Assembly: GCA_016186625.1 (NCBI GenBank)
Contig: JACPLG010000005.1
Location: 36,954-100,953 of the forward strand
Direction of reading: 5' to 3'
Origin: Candidatus Levyibacteriota bacterium
GTDB lineage: Bacteria; Patescibacteriota; Microgenomatia; Levybacterales; UBA12049
Length of the DNA: 64,000 nucleotides
Shown: piece after piece, positions 10,314 to 18,784 of the stretch
Layout: each line of letters begins with the position of its first letter
Numbering within the stretch: position 1 is the stretch's first letter
Notes under the pieces: model-generated
What the model was told of the DNA's origin: nothing
Seen by the model: only the letters and a program-made list of their open reading frames with translations
Database searches by the model: none
Position numbers and translations under genes: made by a program

Positions 10314-10334
10314 TTCCCACATTCCATGTGGGAA
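10314..10334. repeat. conserved hairpin repeat TTCCCACAT-TCC-ATGTGGGAA (copy 1 of 4)
   Basis: 9-bp perfect stem with a 3-nt loop. The same motif recurs at 46995-47015, 52483-52503 and 53367-53399. A 26-nt flank is shared with copy 3. Confidence 0.7.
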
Positions 10335-10449
10335 CACGATTTAACATTCACGCAATTCCTGCTCGAGCAGAATTTTTGAGGTTTACTTCTGCAAGGCGTG
10401 GCCCTGGAGAACTTGTAGTCGCTACAAAGACCCTGCTGTGAGTAGCTGC

Positions 10450-10959
10450 CTATTTTGGATGACTCAATTCGTATTGCTTTGCGCCAACTATTCCCCGTAG
10501 CTGCCTTAAAGCCCTTGTTCCATAATCAAAATAGCCTCTTGAACCACGCTCGGTTATTCTATCTTGCATTAGTCCAACAACATAGTCTTCTTGGCATCCT
10601 ACGATTTTCCCCTCGGGCGTAAGAAATATTAATCGAGGAGGCATGTCTCTCTCGTCAGGCACCGTTGCTACATGAAGTAGAGAAATTTCTGTTTTCTCTA
10701 CACCATCCTTAATAAATCTATAACATGGAATTCTAGGAAATAAACCTAATTCTGTTACACTTTTAGCCCACGCCTGAAGCTGAGGCTTGATTTGCCAAGC
10801 AACTACATCTTCAACATGAGAATCTATTATTTCATCTAAAGACTCCACGGACTCATTCAATCCACTATGTACAATTTCTAATTGTGAAAAATTTTCTAAT
10901 TCTTGCATGATACACCTCTTTTCTATAGGCCTAAAATTTAGGCTGGCGTTATTATACAC
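10450..10959 (-). CDS. hypothetical protein
   Basis: 169-aa ORF. I recognise no motif. Confidence 0.35.
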   Translation of the reverse strand: MYNNASLNFRPIEKRCIMQELENFSQLEIVHSGLNESVESLDEIIDSHVEDVVAWQIKPQLQAWAKSVTELGLFPRIPCYRFIKDGVEKTEISLLHVATVPDERDMPPRLIFLTPEGKIVGCQEDYVVGLMQDRITERGSRGYFDYGTRALRQLRGIVGAKQYELSHPK

Positions 10960-11104
10960 CTTTTATATTTATATATATTTATTAATTAAAATTAGCCTCA
11001 AAATGGGGCATTTTTGTCTCTTGACAAGGCTGAACTTAAAGGTCCGACCTTGGTTAGGCTCATGTTAAGGACGGACCTTTGCTTATTTGGCTTAGACTTC
11101 GTAG

Positions 11105-11140
11105 CGCAAAGAAAAATCCCGCACTATTACGTAACGGGAT
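11105..11140. terminator. bidirectional intrinsic terminator-like hairpin AAAAATCCCG-N13-CGGGATTTTT
   Basis: Perfect 10-bp inverted repeat with A/T runs on both sides. Lies just 3' of the minus-strand zinc-ribbon gene. Confidence 0.5.
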
Positions 11141-11199
11141 TTTTCTGTAGTGTTTCTTGAAGATAAATAATTGCGATCTCCAAGAAATTAGTCTGCAAT

Positions 11200-11343
11200 T
11201 TAAGCACGTCCTATCTTGTACATTCCTGTACCACAGACTGGACACTTTCCTTTAAGAGCAGGCTTACCATTTTTCATGGTTACCGGTTGTGCATTTGGAT
11301 CGTCTCTTTTTGCTCTACACTTTACACAATACATTGTTGCCAT
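11200..11343 (-). CDS. small zinc-ribbon protein (DUF5679-like, 47 aa); not in the supplied ORF track (below its length cut-off)
   Basis: Minus-strand translation MATMYCVKCRAKRDDPNAQPVTMKNGKPALKGKCPVCGTGMYKIGRA* carries two CxxC pairs. ATG at 11343, TAA at 11200-11202. Confidence 0.6.
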   Translation of the reverse strand: MATMYCVKCRAKRDDPNAQPVTMKNGKPALKGKCPVCGTGMYKIGRA

Positions 11344-11375
11344 ACAATTCACCCCCTTTCATTAAACAGTTAAGT

Positions 11376-11696
11376 TTACATTCGGTTTAAAACAAGAAAT
11401 AACACAACCTGGGCTATTATTATTGCCCCAGTTACAATTGCGGTTTTCCTAATGTCGTTAATTACATAAGCATATGAGGAAAGAGTGTAGCTTTTGGTTT
11501 GTGGCAACTCAAATGTAGGCAGTTGCAATTTCTCCCTTTTTTCGGCAGAAGAGCTTTCTTGACTATGTGATTTAGCCGCAACGCTTTCACCTACTTGAGT
11601 AGAAGGAGTCACAAGATGATACAAAACGTGCCTTTTATCGGCAAGAATCTTTTGTTTTTTGGTTCTTTTCTTTGCCATTATTTGGCGTAGCCTCAA
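11376..11696 (-). CDS. hypothetical protein with C-terminal transmembrane anchor
   Basis: Basic N-terminus, S/E-rich middle, hydrophobic C-terminus TAIVTGAIIIAQVVLFLVL. Confidence 0.35.
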   Translation of the reverse strand: MRLRQIMAKKRTKKQKILADKRHVLYHLVTPSTQVGESVAAKSHSQESSSAEKREKLQLPTFELPQTKSYTLSSYAYVINDIRKTAIVTGAIIIAQVVLFLVLNRM

Positions 11697-11761
11697 CTAT
11701 GGCTACAAAGGCAAGATACACTATTGACATCGTGCCTGTCAAGAGGCTAACATAAATATCT

Positions 11762-12232
11762 ATGCTCCCAAATTTCACTCCACTTCTTTTAATCCTGAGC
11801 TTTGCTTGGCTTGTCGGTCTAACTATATTATTTTGGAGAATGCTTGTTCACTACAATAAATTAATTCAAGGGGGAGGTAAGGAAGGCATCAGAGGACTTT
11901 TAGAGCAGGTTCTCAAAGAAAGTAGGGAAAATAAAAAGGATATTGAAAATCTAAGGAGCTATTGTGATAAGATAGAAAAAGAGGGCCATTTTCATATACA
12001 GAAAGTCGGACTTCTGAGATTTAATCCTTTTAAGGATACGGGTGGAGATCAAAGTTTTATACTATCCCTGGTGGATAAAGATGACACCGGGGTTATTATT
12101 TCAGGACTATATTCCCGATCCGGCCTTAGATGGTATGCTAAAAAGGTAGAAAGAGGCAAAGGCATTGAGCATGAGCTGTCCGATGAAGAAAAAAGGGCTT
12201 TGAGGCAAGCCGTAAATACAAAAAATTCATAA
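11762..12232 (+). CDS. membrane-anchored protein, DUF4446-like
   Basis: N-terminal TM followed by the QKVGLLRFNPFKDTGGDQSFILSLVD block that I associate with DUF4446. Family assignment is from memory. Confidence 0.4.
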   Translation: MLPNFTPLLLILSFAWLVGLTILFWRMLVHYNKLIQGGGKEGIRGLLEQVLKESRENKKDIENLRSYCDKIEKEGHFHIQKVGLLRFNPFKDTGGDQSFILSLVDKDDTGVIISGLYSRSGLRWYAKKVERGKGIEHELSDEEKRALRQAVNTKNS

Positions 12233-12235
12233 TTT

Positions 12236-13405
12236 ATGCTTAAAGATAAGAAAATACTACTCTTTGCGTTAATTGTTTACGTTCTTTCTACAGGATCCTC
12301 CTATCTCCTTTTCACAAAATCACCCCTTGCGCAAAAATTCACCTCTCCCATCTCTCCTCCAACCATTGATTCAAGTGGAGAAATAGTTTTTGATGAATCT
12401 CTTCCCAAAACAGAAGCTTGCCCAATAAATGGAGCTAAATACTCAAAACAACAAAAAGCCTGGTGGGAAAAACATAGGCCTTTGGGGATAATGATTGAAA
12501 ATCATGAAAATGCCCGTCCCCAATCAGGACTAAATTCCGCAGATATAGTTTATGAAGCGGTGGCTGAAGGGGGTATCACTAGAACCCTAGCTATTTATCA
12601 TTGCGGCCCCCCCGTTCAGGTAGGCCCCATAAGATCGGCCCGAACTTATTTTCTGGACTGGATCTCGGAATATGGAGACAGCCCCTTATATGTTCATGTT
12701 GGGGGAGCTAATACTCCCGGGCCAGCTGATGCCCTCGGGCAAATTAATGATTATAGATGGGGAAGCTATAATGATCTAAATCAGTTTTCAATTGGCTTTC
12801 CTACTTTTTGGAGAGATTACAATAGGCTAGGACACGCAACAGCAACAGAACATACAATGTATTCCACAACAAGCAAATTGTGGGATTTTGCAGCCAAAAA
12901 TAGAAAATTATCAAATAAAAATGAAGATGGGACGCCTTGGGATGAAGAATTTGTTCCATATGTGTTTAAGGATGATGCATCAGGCGGGGAAAGAGGCTCT
13001 TCGCAGGGTGTTCATATTGAATTTTGGGAAAATGCCCCAGACTACAATGTTGATTGGACATTTGATAGAGTCTCAAACCAATACAGCCGAAAAAATGGCA
13101 ACGTTCCCCATATTGATAAAAACACTGGAAAACAGCTGACAGCAAAAAACCTCATTATTTTATACATGCAGGAAAGAAACGCAAACGATGGATATGAAAA
13201 CAATATTCATCTACTTTATAGGAATAAAGGGACCGGAAAGGCTCAGGTATTTATGGATGGACGGGAAATAGAAGCTACCTGGAGTAAAAAGACGAGAACA
13301 GACAAAACACTGCTAACTGATAAGAATGGAAACGAGATAAAATTTGTAAGAGGTAGGATTTGGTTTCATATTTTGCCCCTGGAAGGTGTAGTAAGAGTAA
13401 AATAG
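12236..13405 (+). CDS. DUF3048 (YerB-like) secreted/lipoprotein
   Basis: N-terminal signal-like helix. The RPQSGLNSADIVYEAVAEGGITRTLAIYH block resembles the conserved DUF3048 core. Confidence 0.55.
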   Translation: MLKDKKILLFALIVYVLSTGSSYLLFTKSPLAQKFTSPISPPTIDSSGEIVFDESLPKTEACPINGAKYSKQQKAWWEKHRPLGIMIENHENARPQSGLNSADIVYEAVAEGGITRTLAIYHCGPPVQVGPIRSARTYFLDWISEYGDSPLYVHVGGANTPGPADALGQINDYRWGSYNDLNQFSIGFPTFWRDYNRLGHATATEHTMYSTTSKLWDFAAKNRKLSNKNEDGTPWDEEFVPYVFKDDASGGERGSSQGVHIEFWENAPDYNVDWTFDRVSNQYSRKNGNVPHIDKNTGKQLTAKNLIILYMQERNANDGYENNIHLLYRNKGTGKAQVFMDGREIEATWSKKTRTDKTLLTDKNGNEIKFVRGRIWFHILPLEGVVRVK

Positions 13406-13468
13406 AAATAGTTTGAAATAGTTTACTAATCCTCAAATATCGAGTACAATAAGTGCCATAATTTATTT

Positions 13469-14044
13469 ATGCTATCTGATCTTATAACATCCCGCTCCCG
13501 TGTGAAACTTTTAAATGTATTTTTATCATACCCTTCAGATATGCTTCATGTGCGTGAGCTTGTCCGGCGGACCGGAGATGAGATAAATGCCGTCCGGCGT
13601 GAACTCTCATATCTTGAGAAAAAAGGAATTTTAAGCCGCGAGCCCCGCGCTAACAGAGTTTATTACTTCCTGTCAAAAAACTACGAATTTTATTATGATC
13701 TCCTCAGAATCGGAAGCAAAGCTATTGGTATTGGAGAAACAATCTTAAAAAATCGAGTTAAGTTGGGTAGGATAAAATACGCAATGCTTTCCGGCAAATT
13801 TGCGAGAAAACTTCCCAAGGGGCCGGAAGAAGTGGATTTACTGGTAGTTGGGGCAATTGTTTTGCCAGAGCTGGCACTACTTGTTAGAGAAGAAGAAAAA
13901 AGAATTGATAGTGAAATTAACTATACAGTTATGACAGATGATGAGTTTGATTTCAGGAAGAAAAAAAGAGATCCGTTTATCCTTTCAATTCTTTATGGAT
14001 CACGTGTAATGCTAATTGGGGATGAAGAATCTATGCTGTCATGA
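13469..14044 (+). CDS. winged-helix DNA-binding domain protein with uncharacterised C-terminal domain
   Basis: N-terminal ArsR/MarR-like HTH region (LHVRELVRRTGDEINAVRRELSYLEKKGIL). Stop overlaps the secD start. Confidence 0.4.
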   Translation: MLSDLITSRSRVKLLNVFLSYPSDMLHVRELVRRTGDEINAVRRELSYLEKKGILSREPRANRVYYFLSKNYEFYYDLLRIGSKAIGIGETILKNRVKLGRIKYAMLSGKFARKLPKGPEEVDLLVVGAIVLPELALLVREEEKRIDSEINYTVMTDDEFDFRKKKRDPFILSILYGSRVMLIGDEESMLS

Positions 14045-15387
14045 AAAATCCAAGGCTTATTTTCGCCTTTATAATTCTTCTAACACTGATATCTGCCTTT
14101 GTTAATCTTCCCGGAAATATTCGCTTATTTAATTTTGAGAGAAGCTTTAAATATAACCCGAATTATTTTCTCCAAAAATATAACTTTTCCAAGGAACTAG
14201 CTTTCCGCCAAGGTCTTGATTTAAAAGGCGGAGTTAGTATTACTTTTAAGGCGGAAGTTGAAAAGCTGCCCACAGGAGAGCGAGATAAAGCTCTTGAAAG
14301 CTCCAGGGTGGTAATTGAGCGACGAATTAATCTTTATGGAGTTTCAGAACCCCTAATTCAAACAGCAAAAGTTAATAAAGACTCTAGAATCATAGTCGAG
14401 CTTCCCGGAGTAACGGATGTTAAGGCGGCGATTAACTTAATAGGAGCAACAGCCCAGCTAACCTTTTGGGAGGAGGCGGCAACAGTCTCAGCTGAGGTTG
14501 CAACCTCATCAGCCTATCCAATTAACGCAGATATATCGGGTTTGGGGCCACTGAAACAAACAGATTTAACAGGCTCGGATCTTAGCTCATCTTCGGTTGT
14601 TTTTGATCCAAATACCGGAACACCTCAGGTTCAGCTGAAATTTAATTCCGAGGGATCAAGAAAGTTTGCTGAAATTACCAAGAGAAATGTTGGAAAACCT
14701 GTTGCGATTGTCTTGGATAATCTGGTAATAACCGCTCCAAGCGTTAATGAGGCAATTCTTACAGGAGACGCTGTAATTTCAGGCAACTTTGCCCAGGAGC
14801 AGGCAAAAGCACTAAGCACTCAGCTTAACGCAGGAGCACTTCCTATTTCTTTAAGTGTATTAGAGCAACATGTGGTAGGTCCAACCTTAGGACAGGAGTC
14901 ACTCCAAAAAAGTTTACTAGCCGGAATCATTGGTTTTATAACTATTATTGCATTTATGGTTTCTTTATATAGAAGATTGGGAGTGTTAGCCAGTATTGCT
15001 CTACTCATATATGCACTACTCAACCTTGCTGTCTTTAAAATAAGCAGTCTTACCCCGTATGGAATAACACTTACCTTGGCAGGAATCGCAGGTTTTATTC
15101 TTTCAATTGGAATGGCGGTGGACGCAAATATTCTGATTTTTGAGAGGGTTAAGGAAGAAATGCGGGCGGGAAAAGGGAGAAGCTCCTCAATTGAGCTTGG
15201 GTTTTCTCATGCTTGGACATCAATTAGGGACTCCAATGTTTCAACTCTTATCACCTGTGTGATTCTTTATACTTTTGGCACCGGAATTGTAAGAGGGTTT
15301 GCGCTTATTTTGGCAATTGGAGTATTAATTTCTATGTTTTCGGCAATAACTATAACACGAACTTTCTTAAGACTTGTTTATAAGTAA
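14041..15387 (+). CDS. secD: protein translocase subunit SecD
   Basis: N-terminal TM, periplasmic domain with GLDLKGGVSITFKA, and a C-terminal 6-TM block (LTLAGIAGFILSIGMAVDANILIFERV). Confidence 0.9.
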   Translation: MKNPRLIFAFIILLTLISAFVNLPGNIRLFNFERSFKYNPNYFLQKYNFSKELAFRQGLDLKGGVSITFKAEVEKLPTGERDKALESSRVVIERRINLYGVSEPLIQTAKVNKDSRIIVELPGVTDVKAAINLIGATAQLTFWEEAATVSAEVATSSAYPINADISGLGPLKQTDLTGSDLSSSSVVFDPNTGTPQVQLKFNSEGSRKFAEITKRNVGKPVAIVLDNLVITAPSVNEAILTGDAVISGNFAQEQAKALSTQLNAGALPISLSVLEQHVVGPTLGQESLQKSLLAGIIGFITIIAFMVSLYRRLGVLASIALLIYALLNLAVFKISSLTPYGITLTLAGIAGFILSIGMAVDANILIFERVKEEMRAGKGRSSSIELGFSHAWTSIRDSNVSTLITCVILYTFGTGIVRGFALILAIGVLISMFSAITITRTFLRLVYK

Positions 15388-15490
15388 GTCAAAAGTCAAA
15401 ACTCAAAACTCAAAAATCAAAGTAAAAAGTTTAAGAGTACAAAATTTTTTGATTTTGAATTGTAATTTTGCCTTTTGCATTTTGAATTTT
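15388..15490. repeat. AT-rich tandem heptad repeats (5x NTCAAAA) followed by inverted copies (TTTTGNN x3-4) in the secD-secF spacer
   Basis: gtcaaaa/gtcaaaa/ctcaaaa/ctcaaaa/atcaaag at 15388-15422. Complementary ttttgcc/ttttgca/ttttgaa at 15467-15487. Confidence 0.5.
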
Positions 15491-15501
15491 TAATTTAGTT
15501 T

Positions 15502-16401
15502 ATGAATATTATTGGTAGGAAAAAATTATATTTTTTAATTTCACTTTTGGTGATGTTGCCGGGATTAGTCTCGCTTGCTCTATATGGGCTTAATCTTTCA
15601 ATAGATTTTACAGGAGGAAGTAGGATGATAATATCTTTTAGCAAAAACGTTTCGGAGGAGGAAACTAAGTTTATTAGCTCAGATCTGGAGAAGCGGAATA
15701 TAAAGGTTTTATCTATTGAGCCGTCAGGAAAAACCGCAATTGTTAGAACATCTCCAATTGATGAGAGGCAAAACTCGGAGTTTAATAAGGATTTGAAGGC
15801 AAAATATAGAGAGGCAATTCAGGAAGAATTCTCAACAATAGGACCAACAATTGGCGGAGAAACTACCAGAAATGCCGTAAAAGCAGTCTTTTTTGCCTCG
15901 CTATTGGTAGTGGTTTACATATCTTTGGTTTTTAGGTCTGTTCCAAAACCGGCTAGCAGTATAAGGTTTGGTATCTCAACTATATTTGCACTAATCCATG
16001 ATGTTTTGGTTGTAGTTGGTGTATTTTCAATTCTCGGTCATTTCTTAAGCGTTGAAATAGACGCTCTTTTTGTAACAGCGCTTCTTACGATTATTGGATT
16101 TTCAGTCCATGACACAATTGTTGTTTTTGACAGGATCCGAGAGAATTTAGGAAAAAATGTCAATGCAAGCTTTGCCCAAGTTGTTAATGATTCAATTCTT
16201 CAAACAATCGGCCGCTCTCTTAATACATCAATCACGGTTTTACTTGTTCTGTTCGCTTTACTTCTGTTCGGCGGCGAGAGTATCAGATGGTTTGTAGTGG
16301 CACTGATTGTGGGTATCGCGTCAGGTACGTATTCCTCAATATTCAATGCCTCACCAATATTGGTGGTCTGGCACGAATGGAGCCAAAGACAAAGTAAATA
16401 G
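15502..16401 (+). CDS. secF: protein translocase subunit SecF
   Basis: Signature LSIDFTGGS, and a 6-TM domain with HDVLVVVGVFSIL and FSVHDTIVVFDRIREN. Confidence 0.9.
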   Translation: MNIIGRKKLYFLISLLVMLPGLVSLALYGLNLSIDFTGGSRMIISFSKNVSEEETKFISSDLEKRNIKVLSIEPSGKTAIVRTSPIDERQNSEFNKDLKAKYREAIQEEFSTIGPTIGGETTRNAVKAVFFASLLVVVYISLVFRSVPKPASSIRFGISTIFALIHDVLVVVGVFSILGHFLSVEIDALFVTALLTIIGFSVHDTIVVFDRIRENLGKNVNASFAQVVNDSILQTIGRSLNTSITVLLVLFALLLFGGESIRWFVVALIVGIASGTYSSIFNASPILVVWHEWSQRQSK

Positions 16402-16420
16402 CAAATAGGAAATAGCAAAG

Positions 16421-16852
16421 ATGAAAGCGGGAATAGATTATATAGGAGTGTCAGCGGGAGCATTGATAGTAAACAAAAAAGGTGAAATTCTTCTAACAAA
16501 AAGAAGCATGAAGGCACGAAACGAAAAAGGAAAATGGGAAGCTCCAGGAGGTCAAGTCCATTTTGGTGAGACTAGAGAGTAAGCAATAAAAAGAGAGATT
16601 AAAGAGGAATTAGGAGTCAATATTGAGATTATTCGAACTCTACATACAACTGATGAAATTTTAGAAAAAGATAAACAACATTGGGTTCCAACTACGTTTT
16701 TGGTAAAAATTAAAAGAGGCCAAACACCTAAAGTTTTGGAACCAGAAAAATGTGACCAAATTGGTTGGTTTAATCTCAATAAACTTCCGTCACCAATCTC
16801 GTATGTAACATCACTTGACATTAAAGAATTCAAAAGACAGTTAAGACGATAA
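16421..16852 (+). pseudogene. NUDIX hydrolase gene interrupted by an in-frame TAA inside the Nudix box
   Basis: Single frame reads MKAGIDYIGVSAGALIVNKKGEILLTKRSMKARNEKGKWEAPGGQVHFGETRE*AIKREIKEELGV...RQLRR*. The TAA at 16580-16582 sits where Gln sits in the E. coli MutT box, consistent with CAA->TAA. No ATG exists downstream of the stop. Confidence 0.6.
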
Positions 16853-16890
16853 TTTTTTATTTTAGCCTTGCAAGGCGTCCCCTTGCAAAG

Positions 16891-17343
16891 CTAGGGGGAG
16901 AGTTTGGAGCGGACAATTCCAGAAACCATACCCATGTCGGATTTGCCTTTGAGTTTGGCGCCGAGCACGCCCATGACTTTTCCCATGTCTCCCATTGTTG
17001 AGGCTCCGGTTTCAGATATTGTTTGTTCAACTATATTTCGAACATCTTCTTCTGACATTTGTTCGGGCAGAAAACCTTCTAATATTTTTAGTTCGCTTTG
17101 CTCCTTATCAACTAACTCCTGTCTTCCTGCTTTTTTAAATTCTTCAATAGAATCTTTCCTTTGTTTTGCCTCTTTTTGGATTACTGAAAGAACGTCTTCT
17201 TCGGAAGCAACATATCCTGCGCCGCCTTTTTGAATCTCATAATAATTAACTGCGGAGAGCAAAAGCCGAAGAACAGAAGTTCGCAGCTCGTCACGAGCCA
17301 TCATTGACTGCTTTAATTCTTCTTGGAGTTTTTGCTTATCCAC
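16891..17343 (-). CDS. GatB/YqeY domain-containing protein
   Basis: Full-length similarity to the YqeY fold (MDKQKLQEELKQSMMARDELRTSVLRLLLSAV...LPEQMSEEDV). Confidence 0.8.
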   Translation of the reverse strand: MDKQKLQEELKQSMMARDELRTSVLRLLLSAVNYYEIQKGGAGYVASEEDVLSVIQKEAKQRKDSIEEFKKAGRQELVDKEQSELKILEGFLPEQMSEEDVRNIVEQTISETGASTMGDMGKVMGVLGAKLKGKSDMGMVSGIVRSKLSP

Positions 17344-17422
17344 TCTCTGATTATAGCAAAGTTATTCAAAAAGTTATTTGAAAAACAACAAAGCAAATAG
17401 AAGAACAAGATGTAATAAAATT

Positions 17423-17445
17423 ATCCGTTGTCTAGTCAACGATAC
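17423..17445. repeat. direct repeat TCGTTGTCTAGTCAAC(G/A)ATAC (copy 1; imperfect palindrome CGTTGnCTAGnCAACG)
   Basis: 21 of 22 positions match the copy at 17878-17900. The two copies flank the TrpR/YerC-like gene. Confidence 0.6.
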
Positions 17446-17459
17446 AAAATTACTCTAAA

Positions 17460-17873
17460 TTACTTACGTTTTACGTCTTTTCTATTGAAACCAGTATATT
17501 CATTTCTCTTGAAAACCAATTGTGATCCTCCGGTTTTACTATATCTCTTATTTCTATATTCTTTTTCAACTAGCAATCCGCGTCTTCGAATAAGATTATA
17601 ACAATCTGGGCGTGCATCCATGAGTCTCATAACGTGAACTATTGTATTTTTACCGACCTTGAGTTCTCTACTTATTTCATCTATTCCAACTCCTGAAGAT
17701 ATGTACTCAGCAATTAATATCCTTCGACCTATTTTTAGACGTTCGTCCAAAGTTAACAGTCCGTTGATTATCTCTTCCACCTCATTTCCATCTGTTGCAG
17801 CTAAGAAAGAGTCTCTTAATCTATTAAGCGCTTCGTAAATTGCTTCCTTCTCAAGAAATTTATATCTTCTCAT
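17460..17873 (-). CDS. TrpR-like YerC/YecD family DNA-binding protein
   Basis: LLTLDERLKIGRRILIAEYISSGVGIDEISRELKVGKNTI resembles the YerC/YecD helix-turn-helix. The listed ORF starts at a TTG (17930). An in-frame ATG at 17873 (MRRYKFLEKE) is the more likely start. Confidence 0.55.
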   Translation of the reverse strand: MRRYKFLEKEAIYEALNRLRDSFLAATDGNEVEEIINGLLTLDERLKIGRRILIAEYISSGVGIDEISRELKVGKNTIVHVMRLMDARPDCYNLIRRRGLLVEKEYRNKRYSKTGGSQLVFKRNEYTGFNRKDVKRK

Positions 17874-17877
17874 AAAG

Positions 17878-17900
17878 TATCGTTGTCTAGTCAACAATAC
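17878..17900. promoter_or_regulatory. direct repeat copy 2 / operator-like imperfect palindrome just upstream of the TrpR-like gene start
   Basis: TATCGTTGTCTAGTCAACAATAC sits 5-8 nt upstream of the ATG at 17873 on the coding strand. A TATAGT -10-like hexamer lies just beyond it. Confidence 0.45.
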
Positions 17901-17995
17901 TATAGTTACAAATAATCTATAGGTTTTCAAGTATTTATTTGAGGTGGATAGTAATTAAATTGAGATTGTTAGGATTGAATTAATTGGAGATGAAA

Positions 17996-18784
17996 TTAAC
18001 CGATGAGTCTTCCCAGACCTTTCTGCTTGCTTTTTTTAAAAGCAAAAGTAAACAGCAAAATTGATAATATCAAATAGAATATGTTTAATGCAAAGCTTAC
18101 AAAAATCTTATCTGCAGAAATAGTGTTCAAAAAAATGTGTTGCCTCATGGCTTCAAAAACATAGCTTGAAGGAATTAAAAGAGATATTTTTTGCGCCCAG
18201 TCCGGTAAGATAGATAGCGGATAATAAATTGCAGAAAAAGGGACTATGATGTATGCTCCAGTCCAAGCAAGAGTTTGCGCTTTCAGGCCATACCTAATTA
18301 TTATCGAAGCGACAATAAATCCGATTACCCAACCGGTTATACCAAGATTTATAAAAATAGGGACAAGCCATGCGCCAAACTGGAAGAAAGCGTACTTATA
18401 CAAAATGAACGCAGTTGCTGCGGAGAACACCAGGCTTATAGACATTTTTGTCCCACCGTAAATAATTACCGATGTAATCCACTCTGAAAGTTTAAGAGGT
18501 GAAGAAAATATATTGACTAAATTCCTGTCCCACAATTCGGTCAAAAGATTTACGGTTATTTCATACTGGGATCGCCAAGTGATAACCCAGAAGATAAGCC
18601 CTGTTAAAAGAACGGTTGTCGTTTCTTTTGGATTCTGACTAAGGCTCGCAAAGTACAGACCCGTAATTCCCCAAACCAGAATATCCATAACAGGCCAATA
18701 GAACATGTCGGATAATCTGTCATAACTGCGAATTAAAGTATAAAAATACCTTTTGTTCATCGCATATATTCTTTGCAAGCTCAT
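17996..18784 (-). CDS. ABC-2 type transporter permease
   Basis: 6 TM helices with an ABC-2 topology. Start overlaps the ATPase gene stop. Confidence 0.7.
   Translation of the reverse strand: MSLQRIYAMNKRYFYTLIRSYDRLSDMFYWPVMDILVWGITGLYFASLSQNPKETTTVLLTGLIFWVITWRSQYEITVNLLTELWDRNLVNIFSSPLKLSEWITSVIIYGGTKMSISLVFSAATAFILYKYAFFQFGAWLVPIFINLGITGWVIGFIVASIIIRYGLKAQTLAWTGAYIIVPFSAIYYPLSILPDWAQKISLLIPSSYVFEAMRQHIFLNTISADKIFVSFALNIFYLILSILLFTFAFKKSKQKGLGRLIG

Noticed and set aside
10167-10379. Listed 70-aa ORF (MEEGKPKSKRS...FPHSMWEH...) and the similar listed ORF 52336..52524
   Set aside because: Both read straight through copies of the conserved TTCCCACATTCCATGTGGGAA hairpin, which produces the shared FPHSMWEH peptide. 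The hairpins are better explained as intergenic repeats. No start context or homology supports the ORFs.
16580-16582. Programmed stop-codon recoding (alternative genetic code) as the explanation for the in-frame TAA in the Nudix gene
   Set aside because: Every other gene in the window ends cleanly on TAA, TAG or TGA (for example rmlA ends on TGA overlapping the rmlB ATG, and many genes end on TAA). A genome-wide reassignment of TAA is therefore not supported. A point mutation or sequencing error is the simpler explanation.
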